Assembly (NCBI GenBank): GCA_017455205.1
Contig: JAFTBM010000035.1
Span: 2,933-66,932, forward strand
Length of the DNA stretch: 64,000 nt
Reading direction: 5' to 3'
From: Bacteroidales bacterium
Lineage (GTDB): Bacteria > Bacteroidota > Bacteroidia > Bacteroidales > P3
Each line of letters begins with the position of its first letter. Positions within the stretch are counted from its first letter, which is position 1. Shown here in pieces: positions 16,584 through 25,436 of the stretch. The translations under genes were made by a program, and so were the position numbers. The notes under the pieces are model-generated. The model searched no databases. It was not told the DNA's origin and saw only the letters and a program-made list of their open reading frames with translations.

Positions 16584-19127
16584 ATGAGAAAGAAAGCACT
16601 TTCCTTCTGGGCAACCGTAGTCGTGGCCGTCCTGTCTGCATCGGCCCAGACCTTCACCGCCACTAATGCCGACGGCGTCGCCATCAACTATTCCGTCCTC
16701 TCGGCTACCGACCACACCGTCCAGGTAGAACCCTCCGCCTACTCGGGACGCGTCGTCATTCCAGGGACGGTGACCTACAACGGGGACGCCTATACCGTGG
16801 TCTCCATTGATACCGCCTTCCGAGGCACTGGCATTACCTACTTGAGCCTACCAGCCTCGGTTGCTTCTTTGAAACTGATGGCGCTGCTCAACTGCTCACG
16901 TCTCGACACGCTCTATCTCGCCTCCACCGCACCTGTGGAGGTGCCAACCTACCGCAATTACCACCTCCCTGAGTTCATCTTTTACAGCACCAACTCCCAG
17001 CCTATTGGCACCACAGTCGTCGTGCCGTGCGGCAGTCTGCAACGCTACCGCGACAGATATTGGGAGAGTGTCCCTAAGCTGACCTCTCCCTGTGCCGTGC
17101 CGCTGACCGTCGTTTCCTCCGCCGACAGCATCTTCCGCTTCGATAGCATCCGCTACAATTTAGGCGGCAATCCCATACTCCACTACAGCAATCGCGACTA
17201 TGAGGTGGGCGATACCGCCCGCATAAAGGCCGAGCGTATAGTCTTTCGTTGGAACTGGGGATCTTATGTGCCACGTTTCGGCTGGTTCATTGGCTGGGCG
17301 GACGGCTGCCATGAGCTCAACCGCACGTTTATTGTAACCCGTGCCGACACGCTGCGCTGCATCGTCGACACATTCCACTATGCCCAGCTCTCCGCCAGCC
17401 GCATCTCTACCCCGGTCTACCAGTTCGGCACCCTCAGCTACGACGGGCGTGCGGGCAATAACTACCGCTTCTCCGACCTCGGCAACCAATCCACCATCTA
17501 CGCCACAGCCCTCTGGGTGGGCAGCCACGATAGCCTCTCCTACAGTGCCCCCAACTACTCCGACACGGTGTCCGTCGCAGCCGACCGCTTCTTCTACAAC
17601 GGCCTCTCCGACTACTTCCCCGGTCCTCTGCGCATTGCCGATGCCACTACCGACCTCCAAACCACCCTCGATTTCAACCGCGTGTGGCACCTCACCCGCG
17701 AGATGATAGACTACCACCTCGCCCACTTCCGCGACCCTGGCTATACCCCCGCACCCGACATCCTCACCTGGCCTGGCAACGGCCCGGAGGGTTATGCCAC
17801 GCAGCTGGCACCCTATTTCGATGCCGACAGCGATGGGGTCTACAATCCCCTCAAGGGCGACTACCCCCTCATCCGTGGCGACGAGTGCGTCTTCTCTATC
17901 TTCAATGATGCCTTCGGCCTCCACGGCGAGAGCCAAGGGCGCACCCTCGGCATCGAGGTACACGCTATGACCTACGCCTTCCACGAACCCACCGACACCG
18001 CCCTCTGGAACTCCGTCTTCGTCCACTACGACATCTACAACCGCTCTGCCGCCGACCACCCCAACACCTACTTCGGTGCCTGGACCGACTTCGACCTTGG
18101 CAACGCCATGGACGACTACATAGGTTGCGACGTTGCCCGCGGCTTCTTCTACGCATACAATGGCAACGAACAGGACCTCCCTGGCGAAGGCTGTTTCATG
18201 GGCGTGCCGCCAGCGCAGGGCTGTGCCATCCTCGGCGGTGCCTCCCTGCCTGCCGATGGGAAGGACAACCCCGCCTTCACCATCGACGACTTCTCGGGCT
18301 TCACCCTCAGCGACCCCCTCGGCAACATGGGCATCAACGGCCTGCACTTCGGCGACGGCATTGCCGACAACGAGCGCATGGGCATGACCTCATTCGTCTA
18401 CTACAACAACAGCGTGAGCGGTTATAACAGCGAGCCCTCCCGTTCCACCGACTACTACAACTACATGTGCGCCTTGTGGAAGAACAACCAGCACATAAAG
18501 TACGGCGGCGACGGCCTCGGCACCGGCACCACCTCGCTCTCCGCCAGGTTCATGTTCCCCGGCGATAGCGACCCCTGGCATTGGGGCACCGATGGCATCA
18601 ATCCCGAAGTCCATCCCAACGACTGGACCGAGGCTACCGCCGGCAACATCCCTGGCGACCGCCGCGGCATCGCAGGCAGCGGCTGCTTCACCTTCCAGGC
18701 CAGCAGCCGCCAGCAGTTCGACCTGGCCTACACCACCGGCTTTGGCAATGTTGATGTGCAGTCGTCGGTCGATGCACTCGTGCGCAACGTCGAGAGTGTA
18801 CGCCGCCAGTTTGCCCGCGACACCACCGACTCGGGTCGCCCCTTCGTCTATGCGCCCCTCGTCGAGCCCCTGCCGCCAGTTGATACCACTGGCATCAATG
18901 GCGTGGAAACTACGCAGCTACAGGTCACCCCAAATCCCACTTCGGGCATCATTACCATAACCGTTGCATCCTCCTTCGGCACGTTACAACTCCTTGATAT
19001 GACGGGTCGCACCCTCATGGCCGTCCCCATTGCCGAAGGTGTTGCTACCCTCGACCTCTCCCCCCTGCCACAAGGCATCTACCTCCTCCGCATCGGCAAT
19101 GCCACGCAGCGCATCGTCAAGCGATAA
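16584..19127 (+). CDS. BspA-type leucine-rich-repeat surface protein with a T9SS type-A C-terminal sorting domain
   Basis: Signal peptide. N-terminal LRR-like segment (VVIPGTVTYNGDAYTVVSIDTAFRGTGITYLSLPASV). The C-terminus LQVTPNPTSGIITI...GIYLLRIGNATQRIVKR is a CTD. Confidence 0.85.
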   Translation: MRKKALSFWATVVVAVLSASAQTFTATNADGVAINYSVLSATDHTVQVEPSAYSGRVVIPGTVTYNGDAYTVVSIDTAFRGTGITYLSLPASVASLKLMALLNCSRLDTLYLASTAPVEVPTYRNYHLPEFIFYSTNSQPIGTTVVVPCGSLQRYRDRYWESVPKLTSPCAVPLTVVSSADSIFRFDSIRYNLGGNPILHYSNRDYEVGDTARIKAERIVFRWNWGSYVPRFGWFIGWADGCHELNRTFIVTRADTLRCIVDTFHYAQLSASRISTPVYQFGTLSYDGRAGNNYRFSDLGNQSTIYATALWVGSHDSLSYSAPNYSDTVSVAADRFFYNGLSDYFPGPLRIADATTDLQTTLDFNRVWHLTREMIDYHLAHFRDPGYTPAPDILTWPGNGPEGYATQLAPYFDADSDGVYNPLKGDYPLIRGDECVFSIFNDAFGLHGESQGRTLGIEVHAMTYAFHEPTDTALWNSVFVHYDIYNRSAADHPNTYFGAWTDFDLGNAMDDYIGCDVARGFFYAYNGNEQDLPGEGCFMGVPPAQGCAILGGASLPADGKDNPAFTIDDFSGFTLSDPLGNMGINGLHFGDGIADNERMGMTSFVYYNNSVSGYNSEPSRSTDYYNYMCALWKNNQHIKYGGDGLGTGTTSLSARFMFPGDSDPWHWGTDGINPEVHPNDWTEATAGNIPGDRRGIAGSGCFTFQASSRQQFDLAYTTGFGNVDVQSSVDALVRNVESVRRQFARDTTDSGRPFVYAPLVEPLPPVDTTGINGVETTQLQVTPNPTSGIITITVASSFGTLQLLDMTGRTLMAVPIAEGVATLDLSPLPQGIYLLRIGNATQRIVKR

Positions 19128-19208
19128 CAGAAAATGAGTGAGCTGTGATGCGAACCCTCGTGCCTCGCAGCTCCCCATAGCCCCTTCCTCGTAGACGGTG
19201 CATCACCT

Positions 19209-19241
19209 GTTCACCGCTGCCAATGGTAGTCAGCGGTGAAC
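19209..19241 (+). terminator. Hairpin downstream of the LRR-CTD gene (possible terminator, no T-run)
   Basis: Perfect 11-bp stem GTTCACCGCTG / CAGCGGTGAAC with an 11-nt loop. Confidence 0.3.
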
Positions 19242-19332
19242 TGTTGCAGTCTTTCTACAAGGCAGGAATCATTCCTTATTCATATTCCGTAAAAGACCGT
19301 CTGAAAACTTTTTGGCGTTAAAATTGCAGAAG

Positions 19333-19508
19333 TCTCATTTTCAGTTATTTGGCAATTTGGTAGGAGGGGTGGTATAAATGGCTGACAGACAGCCTCTTGT
19401 AGGCATCCCCTTCTTCCCCTCTTCTTCCCTTCTTCTTCTCCCCTTTTTCCCCTCCTTTTCTCTGGAAGAAGAGGGGAGGTAGGGAGGCGGAAGGGAAAGG
19501 GTAAAAGA
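19333..19508 (+). repeat. Dispersed element, copy A: conserved about 70-nt head, 58-nt pure pyrimidine tract, then a complementary purine-rich tract
   Basis: Pyrimidine-only run at 19406-19463, purine-rich run at 19464-19508. 19403-19426 is the exact reverse complement of 46515-46538, and the flanking head is collinear with 46539-46610. Confidence 0.85.
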
Positions 19509-19665
19509 TACTATGTGGTTGGGGTAGGGGAGGGGTGAGCCTCGAAAATAATACTCGTCAAGCGGAAGTGTTCGTTGGGATGGTTGCACACGCACCCACT
19601 ATCAGCCCATAGGCTGTGTGTGCATCGGGTGGGACGGATAGCTCTGCCGGGCGCAATGGTGCAGC

Positions 19666-20604
19666 CTACCACCGCTCGCCGTTGAGGGCAGCCTCGTAGT
19701 GCTGCACGTAGGCTCGAGCCATCACATCGGCATTGAACCTCTCGGCTGCATATTCGTGGCAGCGGCGGGGCGAGTAGGTCTGGTGCTGAATAGCTTCAGC
19801 TATGCCCTTGGCAAGTGTCTCCTCATTGGCTGACAGAAACCCTACCTCTGGCGTTACAATCTCGGGCAGCGACCCTCGAGGGGTGCCAAATACAGGTGCT
19901 CCGTAGTAGAGCGACTCGGTGAGGGCAAGGCCAAAAGGCTCATCCCACAGCACGGGGAACACCAGCCCGCGCGAGCGGCAGATGTAGTGCTGCTTGGCTC
20001 GGTCGTCGACCATGCCGTGGAAGTGCACGTGTGGGTTGAGGGTCAGCCTAAAACCCATCTTGAAATTCAGTCGTGTGCCGCCCAGCACCTCCAGCCGCCC
20101 GCCTGGCACGCGGTCCACCACGCGGATGGCTCCGTGGAGGTTCTTCACTTTCCAAGCGGCTTTGCCGAGGAAGTGGAAGTGCGACCTCGGTAGGTCAAGT
20201 TCTGGCCGAGGGTAGTCGTCCCAGTCCAGACCGTTGCAGACGTAGTGTGTTGCCCCATGGCGGGCGGCATGGTTGTGGGAGACGAAGATGGCCATCGGCG
20301 GCAGCGGCTCGCCCTGCCCGATATTGCCGTGCACTGTGGTTACAAAGGGCCGGGCATCGAACCCCTGGGGGATCACATCGTGGAAATGCACAAGGTCGGC
20401 ATCCGAGGGCAGCTGGTTGGCAAAAGGCTGCGTAGGGTCGTATATCTTTACTTCGGCAAAAGGCGAGGCAGACCCCTCGGCACAGAGCAGCGTTACGCGA
20501 TGTCCCATGCGGGTCAGTGCTTTGCCGAGCGACCATATCACCCGCTCCGTACCTCCGTAGCGGAGGGCGGGCAGTTGTGCGTTCTTGTAGATGACGATGT
20601 GCAT
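19666..20604 (-). CDS. Glycosyltransferase family 4-like protein
   Basis: Start taken at MHIVIYKNAQLPALRYGGTERVIWSLGKAL (GT4 N-terminal motif). A C-terminal E(x7)E-like region is present (WDEPFGLALTESLYYGAP). The longer ORF start at 20706 translates the 7-mer repeat. Confidence 0.85.
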   Translation of the reverse strand: MHIVIYKNAQLPALRYGGTERVIWSLGKALTRMGHRVTLLCAEGSASPFAEVKIYDPTQPFANQLPSDADLVHFHDVIPQGFDARPFVTTVHGNIGQGEPLPPMAIFVSHNHAARHGATHYVCNGLDWDDYPRPELDLPRSHFHFLGKAAWKVKNLHGAIRVVDRVPGGRLEVLGGTRLNFKMGFRLTLNPHVHFHGMVDDRAKQHYICRSRGLVFPVLWDEPFGLALTESLYYGAPVFGTPRGSLPEIVTPEVGFLSANEETLAKGIAEAIQHQTYSPRRCHEYAAERFNADVMARAYVQHYEAALNGERW

Positions 20605-20730
20605 GGGGGAATTGAGAATTGAGAATTGAAAATTGAGAATCGGGAATTGCGAATTAGTAAGAATTGGGAATTGAGAATTAGAGGGGGTGGCTCTGCTAAT
20701 TCTCAATTCCTGATTCTCAATTCTCAGCGC
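20605..20730. repeat. 7-mer word array AATTGAG x about 10 followed by about 4 inverted units; fills the whole clpP-GT4 intergenic space
   Basis: Units read at 20610, 20617, 20624, 20631, 20638, 20645, 20652, 20662, 20669 and 20676. The inverted arm CTAATTCTCAATTCCTGATTCTCAATTCTCAG lies at 20696-20727. Confidence 0.9.
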
Positions 20731-21396
20731 TCAGTTTTTTTTGGTTAGCACTTCGTCGATCATGCCGTATTGCAGGGCCTCTTCGGCGGTGAACCAGTGG
20801 TCGCGGTCGGAGTCGCGTTCCACCTGCTCGAAGGGTTGGCCACTATGCTTGGCGATGATCTCGTAGAGCTCTTTCTTGAGCTTGAGTATTTCGCGGACAG
20901 TGATTTCCATATCGGTGGCCTGCCCGTCGGCACCGCCCATAGGCTGGTGAATCATCACGCGGGCGTGCGGCAGGGCGCAGCGGCGGCCTTTCTCGCCAGC
21001 ACAGAGCAGCACGCTGGCCATCGAGGCGGCCAGACCCGTGCAGATGGTACTCACCTTGGGTTGAATGTACTGCATAGTGTCGTAGATGCCGAGACCTGCG
21101 TAGACCGAGCCTCCTGGCGAGTTGAGGTAGATCTGGATGTCTTTCTGTGGGTCGACACTCTCGAGGAAGAGGAGTTGCGCCTGGATGACGTTGGCTGTGT
21201 AGTCGTCGATGGCGGTGCCGAGGAAGATGATGCGGTCCATCATCAGGCGGCTGAAGACGTCCATCTGGGCGACGTTCAGTTGGCGCTCTTCGACGATGTA
21301 GGGGGTGAGCGACGCATTGATGGCCGAGGTGTACTTGGCCATAGTGGTGCTGCTGATGCCACGGTGGCGGGTGGCGTATTTCTCGAATTCAGTCAT
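20731..21396 (-). CDS. clpP: ATP-dependent Clp protease proteolytic subunit
   Basis: Full-length match to the ClpP pattern (RIIFLG..IDD..AN.IQAQLLFLES...I.IYLNSPGGSVYAGLGIYDTMQYI). Confidence 0.95.
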   Translation of the reverse strand: MTEFEKYATRHRGISSTTMAKYTSAINASLTPYIVEERQLNVAQMDVFSRLMMDRIIFLGTAIDDYTANVIQAQLLFLESVDPQKDIQIYLNSPGGSVYAGLGIYDTMQYIQPKVSTICTGLAASMASVLLCAGEKGRRCALPHARVMIHQPMGGADGQATDMEITVREILKLKKELYEIIAKHSGQPFEQVERDSDRDHWFTAEEALQYGMIDEVLTKKN

Positions 21397-21407
21397 ATCT
21401 GTGTGTG

Positions 21408-22097
21408 TTATGTTGTTTGTTTTTCCTTCAGCAGGTCGGGGCGGCGCTCACGGGTGCGGGCGATGGCCTGTTCCATGCGCCACTGCTCTATCTTGGCGTG
21501 GTTGCCGCTGAGGAGCACATCGGGCACGCGCCATCCGCGGAACTCGGGCGGCCGTGTGTACTCCGGCGGGGCCACCAGGCCGTCCTGAAATGAATCGGCC
21601 AGTGCCGACTGCTCGTCGCCTATCACTCCTGGCACCAGCCTTATCACCGCGTCGCAGATGACTGCCGCTGCCAGTTCCCCGCCCGTCAGCACGTAGTCGC
21701 CGATGCTAATCTCACGCGTGATGAAGTGCTCGCGCAGCCGCTCGTCCACTCCCTTGTAGTGTCCACATAGTACCATCAAATTCTGTGCCAGCGACAATTG
21801 ATTGGCCATCGGCTGGGAGAAGAGCTCGCCGTCGGGGGCGGTGTAGATGATGTCGTCGTACTCCCGTTCTTTCTGCAGTCCCTCGATGCAGTTGGCTATT
21901 GGTTCCACGGCCATCACCATGCCTGCGGCACCGCCGTAGGGGTAGTCGTCCACCGAGCCATAGCGCGTCAGCGAGTAGTCGTGCAGGTCGTGAAACACCA
22001 CCTCCACCAGCCCCTTCTTCTGTGCACGCTTGAGGATGCTCTCTTCAAAGAACATCTGCATCATGCTGGGGAATAGTGTCAGAATGTCTATCCTCAT
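21408..22097 (-). CDS. trmD: tRNA (guanine37-N1)-methyltransferase
   Basis: [13 protein letters not shown]...[13 protein letters not shown]...[12 protein letters not shown]...[12 protein letters not shown] are TrmD hallmarks. The ATG overlaps the upstream gene stop as ATGA. Confidence 0.95.
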   Translation of the reverse strand: MRIDILTLFPSMMQMFFEESILKRAQKKGLVEVVFHDLHDYSLTRYGSVDDYPYGGAAGMVMAVEPIANCIEGLQKEREYDDIIYTAPDGELFSQPMANQLSLAQNLMVLCGHYKGVDERLREHFITREISIGDYVLTGGELAAAVICDAVIRLVPGVIGDEQSALADSFQDGLVAPPEYTRPPEFRGWRVPDVLLSGNHAKIEQWRMEQAIARTRERRPDLLKEKQTT

Positions 22098-23281
22098 CTC
22101 ACTTTCAGTTTCTGTCCTTCGCGGATGACGCTGTTCTGGCTGATGCCGTTGAGCTGGCAAATGGCTTTCACTGTGGTGCCGTTGGCTCGGGCAATGGATG
22201 AGAGTGTCTCGCCACGGCGCACAGTGTGGGTGGCACTTTGACTGCTTTTGCTGGACGATTTCTTCGTGCTACTGCTTGCAGCCCCACCGCTCACCTTCAG
22301 GCGGTCGCCTGGGCGAAGCACCTTGTTTTGACTGATGCCGTTGAGCTGGCAGAGCCGTTTGACGGTGGTGCCATTGCGCCGTGCTATCTTCTCAAGTGTG
22401 TCCCCCTGTCGCACGCGGTACCAGCCGTCGCCACTGCTCGTAGCCTTTCCCGTACCGCCTTTGGCCACCTTGCGAAACGATTTGGCCGTCAGCTCCAGCG
22501 TGTGGGATATCAGGTCGTGGGTAGAGCAGTCCATTACGTTCTCTGGATTGATGGCGTTGCCCATGTATCGTATCTCGAAGTGCAGATGGCTGCCGAAGCT
22601 TCGACCCGTGTTGCCACAAAGTCCGATTTGCTGTCCGCTCTTGACGTGCTCGCCACTCACTACCAGCCGTTTCGACATGTGGGCATAGTAGGTTTCCAGT
22701 CCGTTGGTATGGTGGATAATCACCAGGTTGCCATAGCTGCGGTTGTACTTGGAGATGCGCACCACCCCATCGAAGGCCGCGTAGATAGGCTCTCCGGTGG
22801 GTTGCGCCAAGTCAAGGCCATAGTGAAACCGCCGCCGCCGCGGCCCAAAGTGGCTCGACGGGCGGGCACTGGTAGGCGTAGGCCAAGTGAAGTCGGACAG
22901 CGATAGTTCTATCGGCTCGGTGATGCTGGCAGGGTTGAGCTTGGGCAGGTGGATGGCCATCGTGTCGAACCCCTCAAGCAGGATATCCTCCTCGCTGTCC
23001 ACCCCATCATCGGTCAGGTCGAACCGCTGTGGGGGGTCCTCCTCTTCGTCTTCTTCGGGCGTAAGCACAAACGGCACGCGGTAGATGTGCGAGGGAGGCT
23101 CTTGTGCCTCGGGTGGTTCCTGCTCGGCTGGCATCCCTCGGTACTCCTCCTCATCATATATCACATCAAGCTGGCCAATGGTTATCTCCGATTTCTTTTG
23201 CGGCTCCCTGACCTGTGCCGCTGCCATACATTGCAATGCCAAAAAGCCTATTATGAATGCTATATATTTCTTTTCTCCCAT
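22094..23281 (-). CDS. M23-family peptidase with two C-terminal LysM domains
   Basis: HYGLDLA...[14 protein letters not shown] is the M23 metal-binding pattern. Two LysM repeats ([29 protein letters not shown] and [29 protein letters not shown]). Confidence 0.9.
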   Translation of the reverse strand: MGEKKYIAFIIGFLALQCMAAAQVREPQKKSEITIGQLDVIYDEEEYRGMPAEQEPPEAQEPPSHIYRVPFVLTPEEDEEEDPPQRFDLTDDGVDSEEDILLEGFDTMAIHLPKLNPASITEPIELSLSDFTWPTPTSARPSSHFGPRRRRFHYGLDLAQPTGEPIYAAFDGVVRISKYNRSYGNLVIIHHTNGLETYYAHMSKRLVVSGEHVKSGQQIGLCGNTGRSFGSHLHFEIRYMGNAINPENVMDCSTHDLISHTLELTAKSFRKVAKGGTGKATSSGDGWYRVRQGDTLEKIARRNGTTVKRLCQLNGISQNKVLRPGDRLKVSGGAASSSTKKSSSKSSQSATHTVRRGETLSSIARANGTTVKAICQLNGISQNSVIREGQKLKVR

Positions 23282-23306
23282 GATGCTTCTGCTTCGAAAT
23301 GCACTG

Positions 23307-23314
23307 CAAAGTTA
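23307..23314 (-). promoter_or_regulatory. -7 promoter box TAACTTTG (minus strand) for the M23-trmD-clpP gene string
   Basis: The reverse complement of CAAAGTTA matches TAnnTTTG. It lies about 26 nt upstream of the ATG at 23281. Confidence 0.45.
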
Positions 23315-23403
23315 GCAAAAATATCCTTGCCCCGCAAACTAATTTTCTTCCCCCTCTGCAATTTCAGTGTTGAAGTGTCGTTTATTGGGCAAAACATTCT
23401 GCT

Positions 23404-24144
23404 ATGAAGTATATCAACATCGCAATCCTATCCCTCTGCGCCCTCCTGCTTGCTGGTGTCGCCACCAGTTGTCGCCCCCGTAATGCCCAGCCAGAAGCCG
23501 ATTTTGTGGTGCTAACTGATGTGGTACCCGATGCAATACTTGAGGTACGCTACTTTGGCACCTACAACTTTGTCGGCAGCCGTATCGACGGCTATGAGCA
23601 GCCCGTGGTGCTGCTTACCCGCGAGGCAGCCGACAGCCTGCACGTTGTGGCCGACGAGCTGCGCAGCCAAGGCTACCGCCTGAAAATCTACGATGCCTAT
23701 CGTCCGCAGCGAGCAGTAGACCACTTTGTCCGCTGGGGGCAAGATCTTGCCGACACCGTTATGCGCCGCTACTTCTATCCCAACGTAGACAAAAGCCGCC
23801 TCTTCGAGCTGGACTACATCGCCCTCAAAAGTGGCCACACCCGCGGCTCCACGCTCGACCTCACCCTCTTCGACATGGCCGCAGGCAAGGAGGTGGACAT
23901 GGGAGGCACATTCGACTGGTTCGGTCCCGAGAGCCATCCCGACTATGGCGGCAACCCCGAGACGGGCGAATATGACCCCGGTCTGGCCAACATCACCGCC
24001 AGTCAGTTTGCCAACCGTATGCTCCTGCGCCAGGCTATGCTCCGCCACGGCTTCTTGCCCTACTCCTGCGAGTGGTGGCACTTCACCCTCGCCCACGAGC
24101 CTTACCCCGACACCTATTTCGATTTCCCTGTCCGTACACTTTAA
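23404..24144 (+). CDS. D-alanyl-D-alanine dipeptidase (M15D, VanX/DdpX-like)
   Basis: Signal/lipobox, then YDAYRPQRAV, SGHTRGSTLDLTL and EWWHFTL, the conserved M15D motifs. Confidence 0.85.
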   Translation: MKYINIAILSLCALLLAGVATSCRPRNAQPEADFVVLTDVVPDAILEVRYFGTYNFVGSRIDGYEQPVVLLTREAADSLHVVADELRSQGYRLKIYDAYRPQRAVDHFVRWGQDLADTVMRRYFYPNVDKSRLFELDYIALKSGHTRGSTLDLTLFDMAAGKEVDMGGTFDWFGPESHPDYGGNPETGEYDPGLANITASQFANRMLLRQAMLRHGFLPYSCEWWHFTLAHEPYPDTYFDFPVRTL

Positions 24145-24156
24145 TTCCTCTCCCCG

Positions 24157-24624
24157 ATGCAAGCCTCAAACCCCTATATGCAGCAGGCTATCGATGAAGC
24201 TTTGCAGGGCATCCGCACTGGCGACGGCGGGCCTTTCGGTTCGGTGGTGGTGAAGGATGGGAAGGTGGTAGGTCGAGGCCACAACCGCGTGCTGGGGCAT
24301 GCCGACCCCACCGCCCACGGCGAGGTGGAGGCTATCCGCGCTGCCTGCCGCAGCCTCGGCACCCACGACCTCACAGGCTGCGACATCTACACCACTGGCG
24401 AGCCCTGCCACATGTGCCTCTGCGCCTGCCTTTGGGCCAACATCAGCCACATCTACTACGGCTGCACCATTGCCGACAACGCCCTCATCGGTTTCCGCGA
24501 CCTTCAGTTCGACTCCCTCTTCGCTGGGCGCGACAAGCTGACCGACTACCTCTCCGAGCAGGACCGCCAAGCCTGCCTCGACCTCTTCCACACCTACCGC
24601 CACCTCCCCCACCAACGCTATTGA
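24157..24624 (+). CDS. Nucleoside/guanine deaminase (CDA-fold zinc deaminase)
   Basis: HAE-type motif (PTAHGEVEAIR) and PCxxC (GEPCHMCLCA). 155 aa. Confidence 0.8.
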   Translation: MQASNPYMQQAIDEALQGIRTGDGGPFGSVVVKDGKVVGRGHNRVLGHADPTAHGEVEAIRAACRSLGTHDLTGCDIYTTGEPCHMCLCACLWANISHIYYGCTIADNALIGFRDLQFDSLFAGRDKLTDYLSEQDRQACLDLFHTYRHLPHQRY

Positions 24625-24653
24625 CCCGTAATCCAATCCCCAAAAACATCATT

Positions 24654-25364
24654 ATGAAAGGCAAGAACATCCCCTTCAAGAAAAACATGATTCAAGCCAC
24701 TGCGATTGTGCTGGCTGCCCTCGTACTCGGCATCTTCTTGGTGCAAGCAGTGCGTACCCTGAAGTCCTACGACGACACTGTCAGCGTGCGCGGACTCTGC
24801 GAGCGTGAAGTGCCAGCCGACCGTGTGGTCTACCGCATCACCTACAGCGAGAAGTCCAACTCCTTCACCGAGCTCCGCTCCCTCATCCTCCAAAACAACA
24901 GCCTCATCGTCAAAAAGCTCCAAGAAGCTGGCCTCGACAAGGAGGCCATCAAGGTGGGTAACACCAGCTATGAAGACCGCTACAACTACTCCTACAACGA
25001 CCCTTCGCGTATCGCCTTCCGCTATACCGCAAGCCAGACCATCAGCGTCTTCACCACCAGCCTCGACTTGGTGCGCAAGCTGCAGGAGACGCTCGAAGCC
25101 GACCTCGCTGCACAAAACATCCTCGCCAGCACCTCGGCCGACTACCAGTTCCTCGGCCTCAACGACATTAAGCCCTCGATGATAGCCGAAAGCCTCGACA
25201 ACGCCCGCACAGCCGCCGACGAGTTCGCCCGCAACAGCCATTCGCGCATCGGCAAAATGCACACCGCCTCGCAAGGCTACTTCGAGGTGAACGACCTCGA
25301 CGAAAATACCCCGCAGGTGAAGAAAGTCCGCGTGGTTACCTCGGTAACCTACTACCTCAAGTAG
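24654..25364 (+). CDS. SIMPL-domain (DUF541) periplasmic/membrane protein
   Basis: Start taken at MKGKNIPFKK, followed by a TM helix. The overall pattern fits the SIMPL family. The upstream part of ORF 24414.. is a P-rich alternate frame of the deaminase gene. Confidence 0.7.
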   Translation: MKGKNIPFKKNMIQATAIVLAALVLGIFLVQAVRTLKSYDDTVSVRGLCEREVPADRVVYRITYSEKSNSFTELRSLILQNNSLIVKKLQEAGLDKEAIKVGNTSYEDRYNYSYNDPSRIAFRYTASQTISVFTTSLDLVRKLQETLEADLAAQNILASTSADYQFLGLNDIKPSMIAESLDNARTAADEFARNSHSRIGKMHTASQGYFEVNDLDENTPQVKKVRVVTSVTYYLK

Positions 25365-25384
25365 CACCCGACGTGTTGCCCATT

Positions 25385-25422
25385 ATGCGATGAGGGGCTG
25401 CCGTGGCAACCCCTCATCGCAT
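25385..25422. terminator. Bidirectional terminator hairpin between convergent SIMPL and GH43 genes
   Basis: Perfect 13-bp stem ATGCGATGAGGGG / CCCCTCATCGCAT with a 12-nt loop. Confidence 0.55.
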
Positions 25423-25436
25423 CACATATTTGGCAT

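Noticed and set aside
20605-20706. N-terminal extensions of ORFs through the word arrays (GT4 ORF to 20706; GH43 ORF to 26501; ORFs 26463..26789, 4824..5096, 56463..56693, 19341..19595)
   Set aside because: The 'peptides' (NSQFPILNFQFSILNS, FFNRSSIVLQSFFN, etc.) are just translations of DNA word repeats. Convincing starts with signal peptides or family motifs lie downstream.
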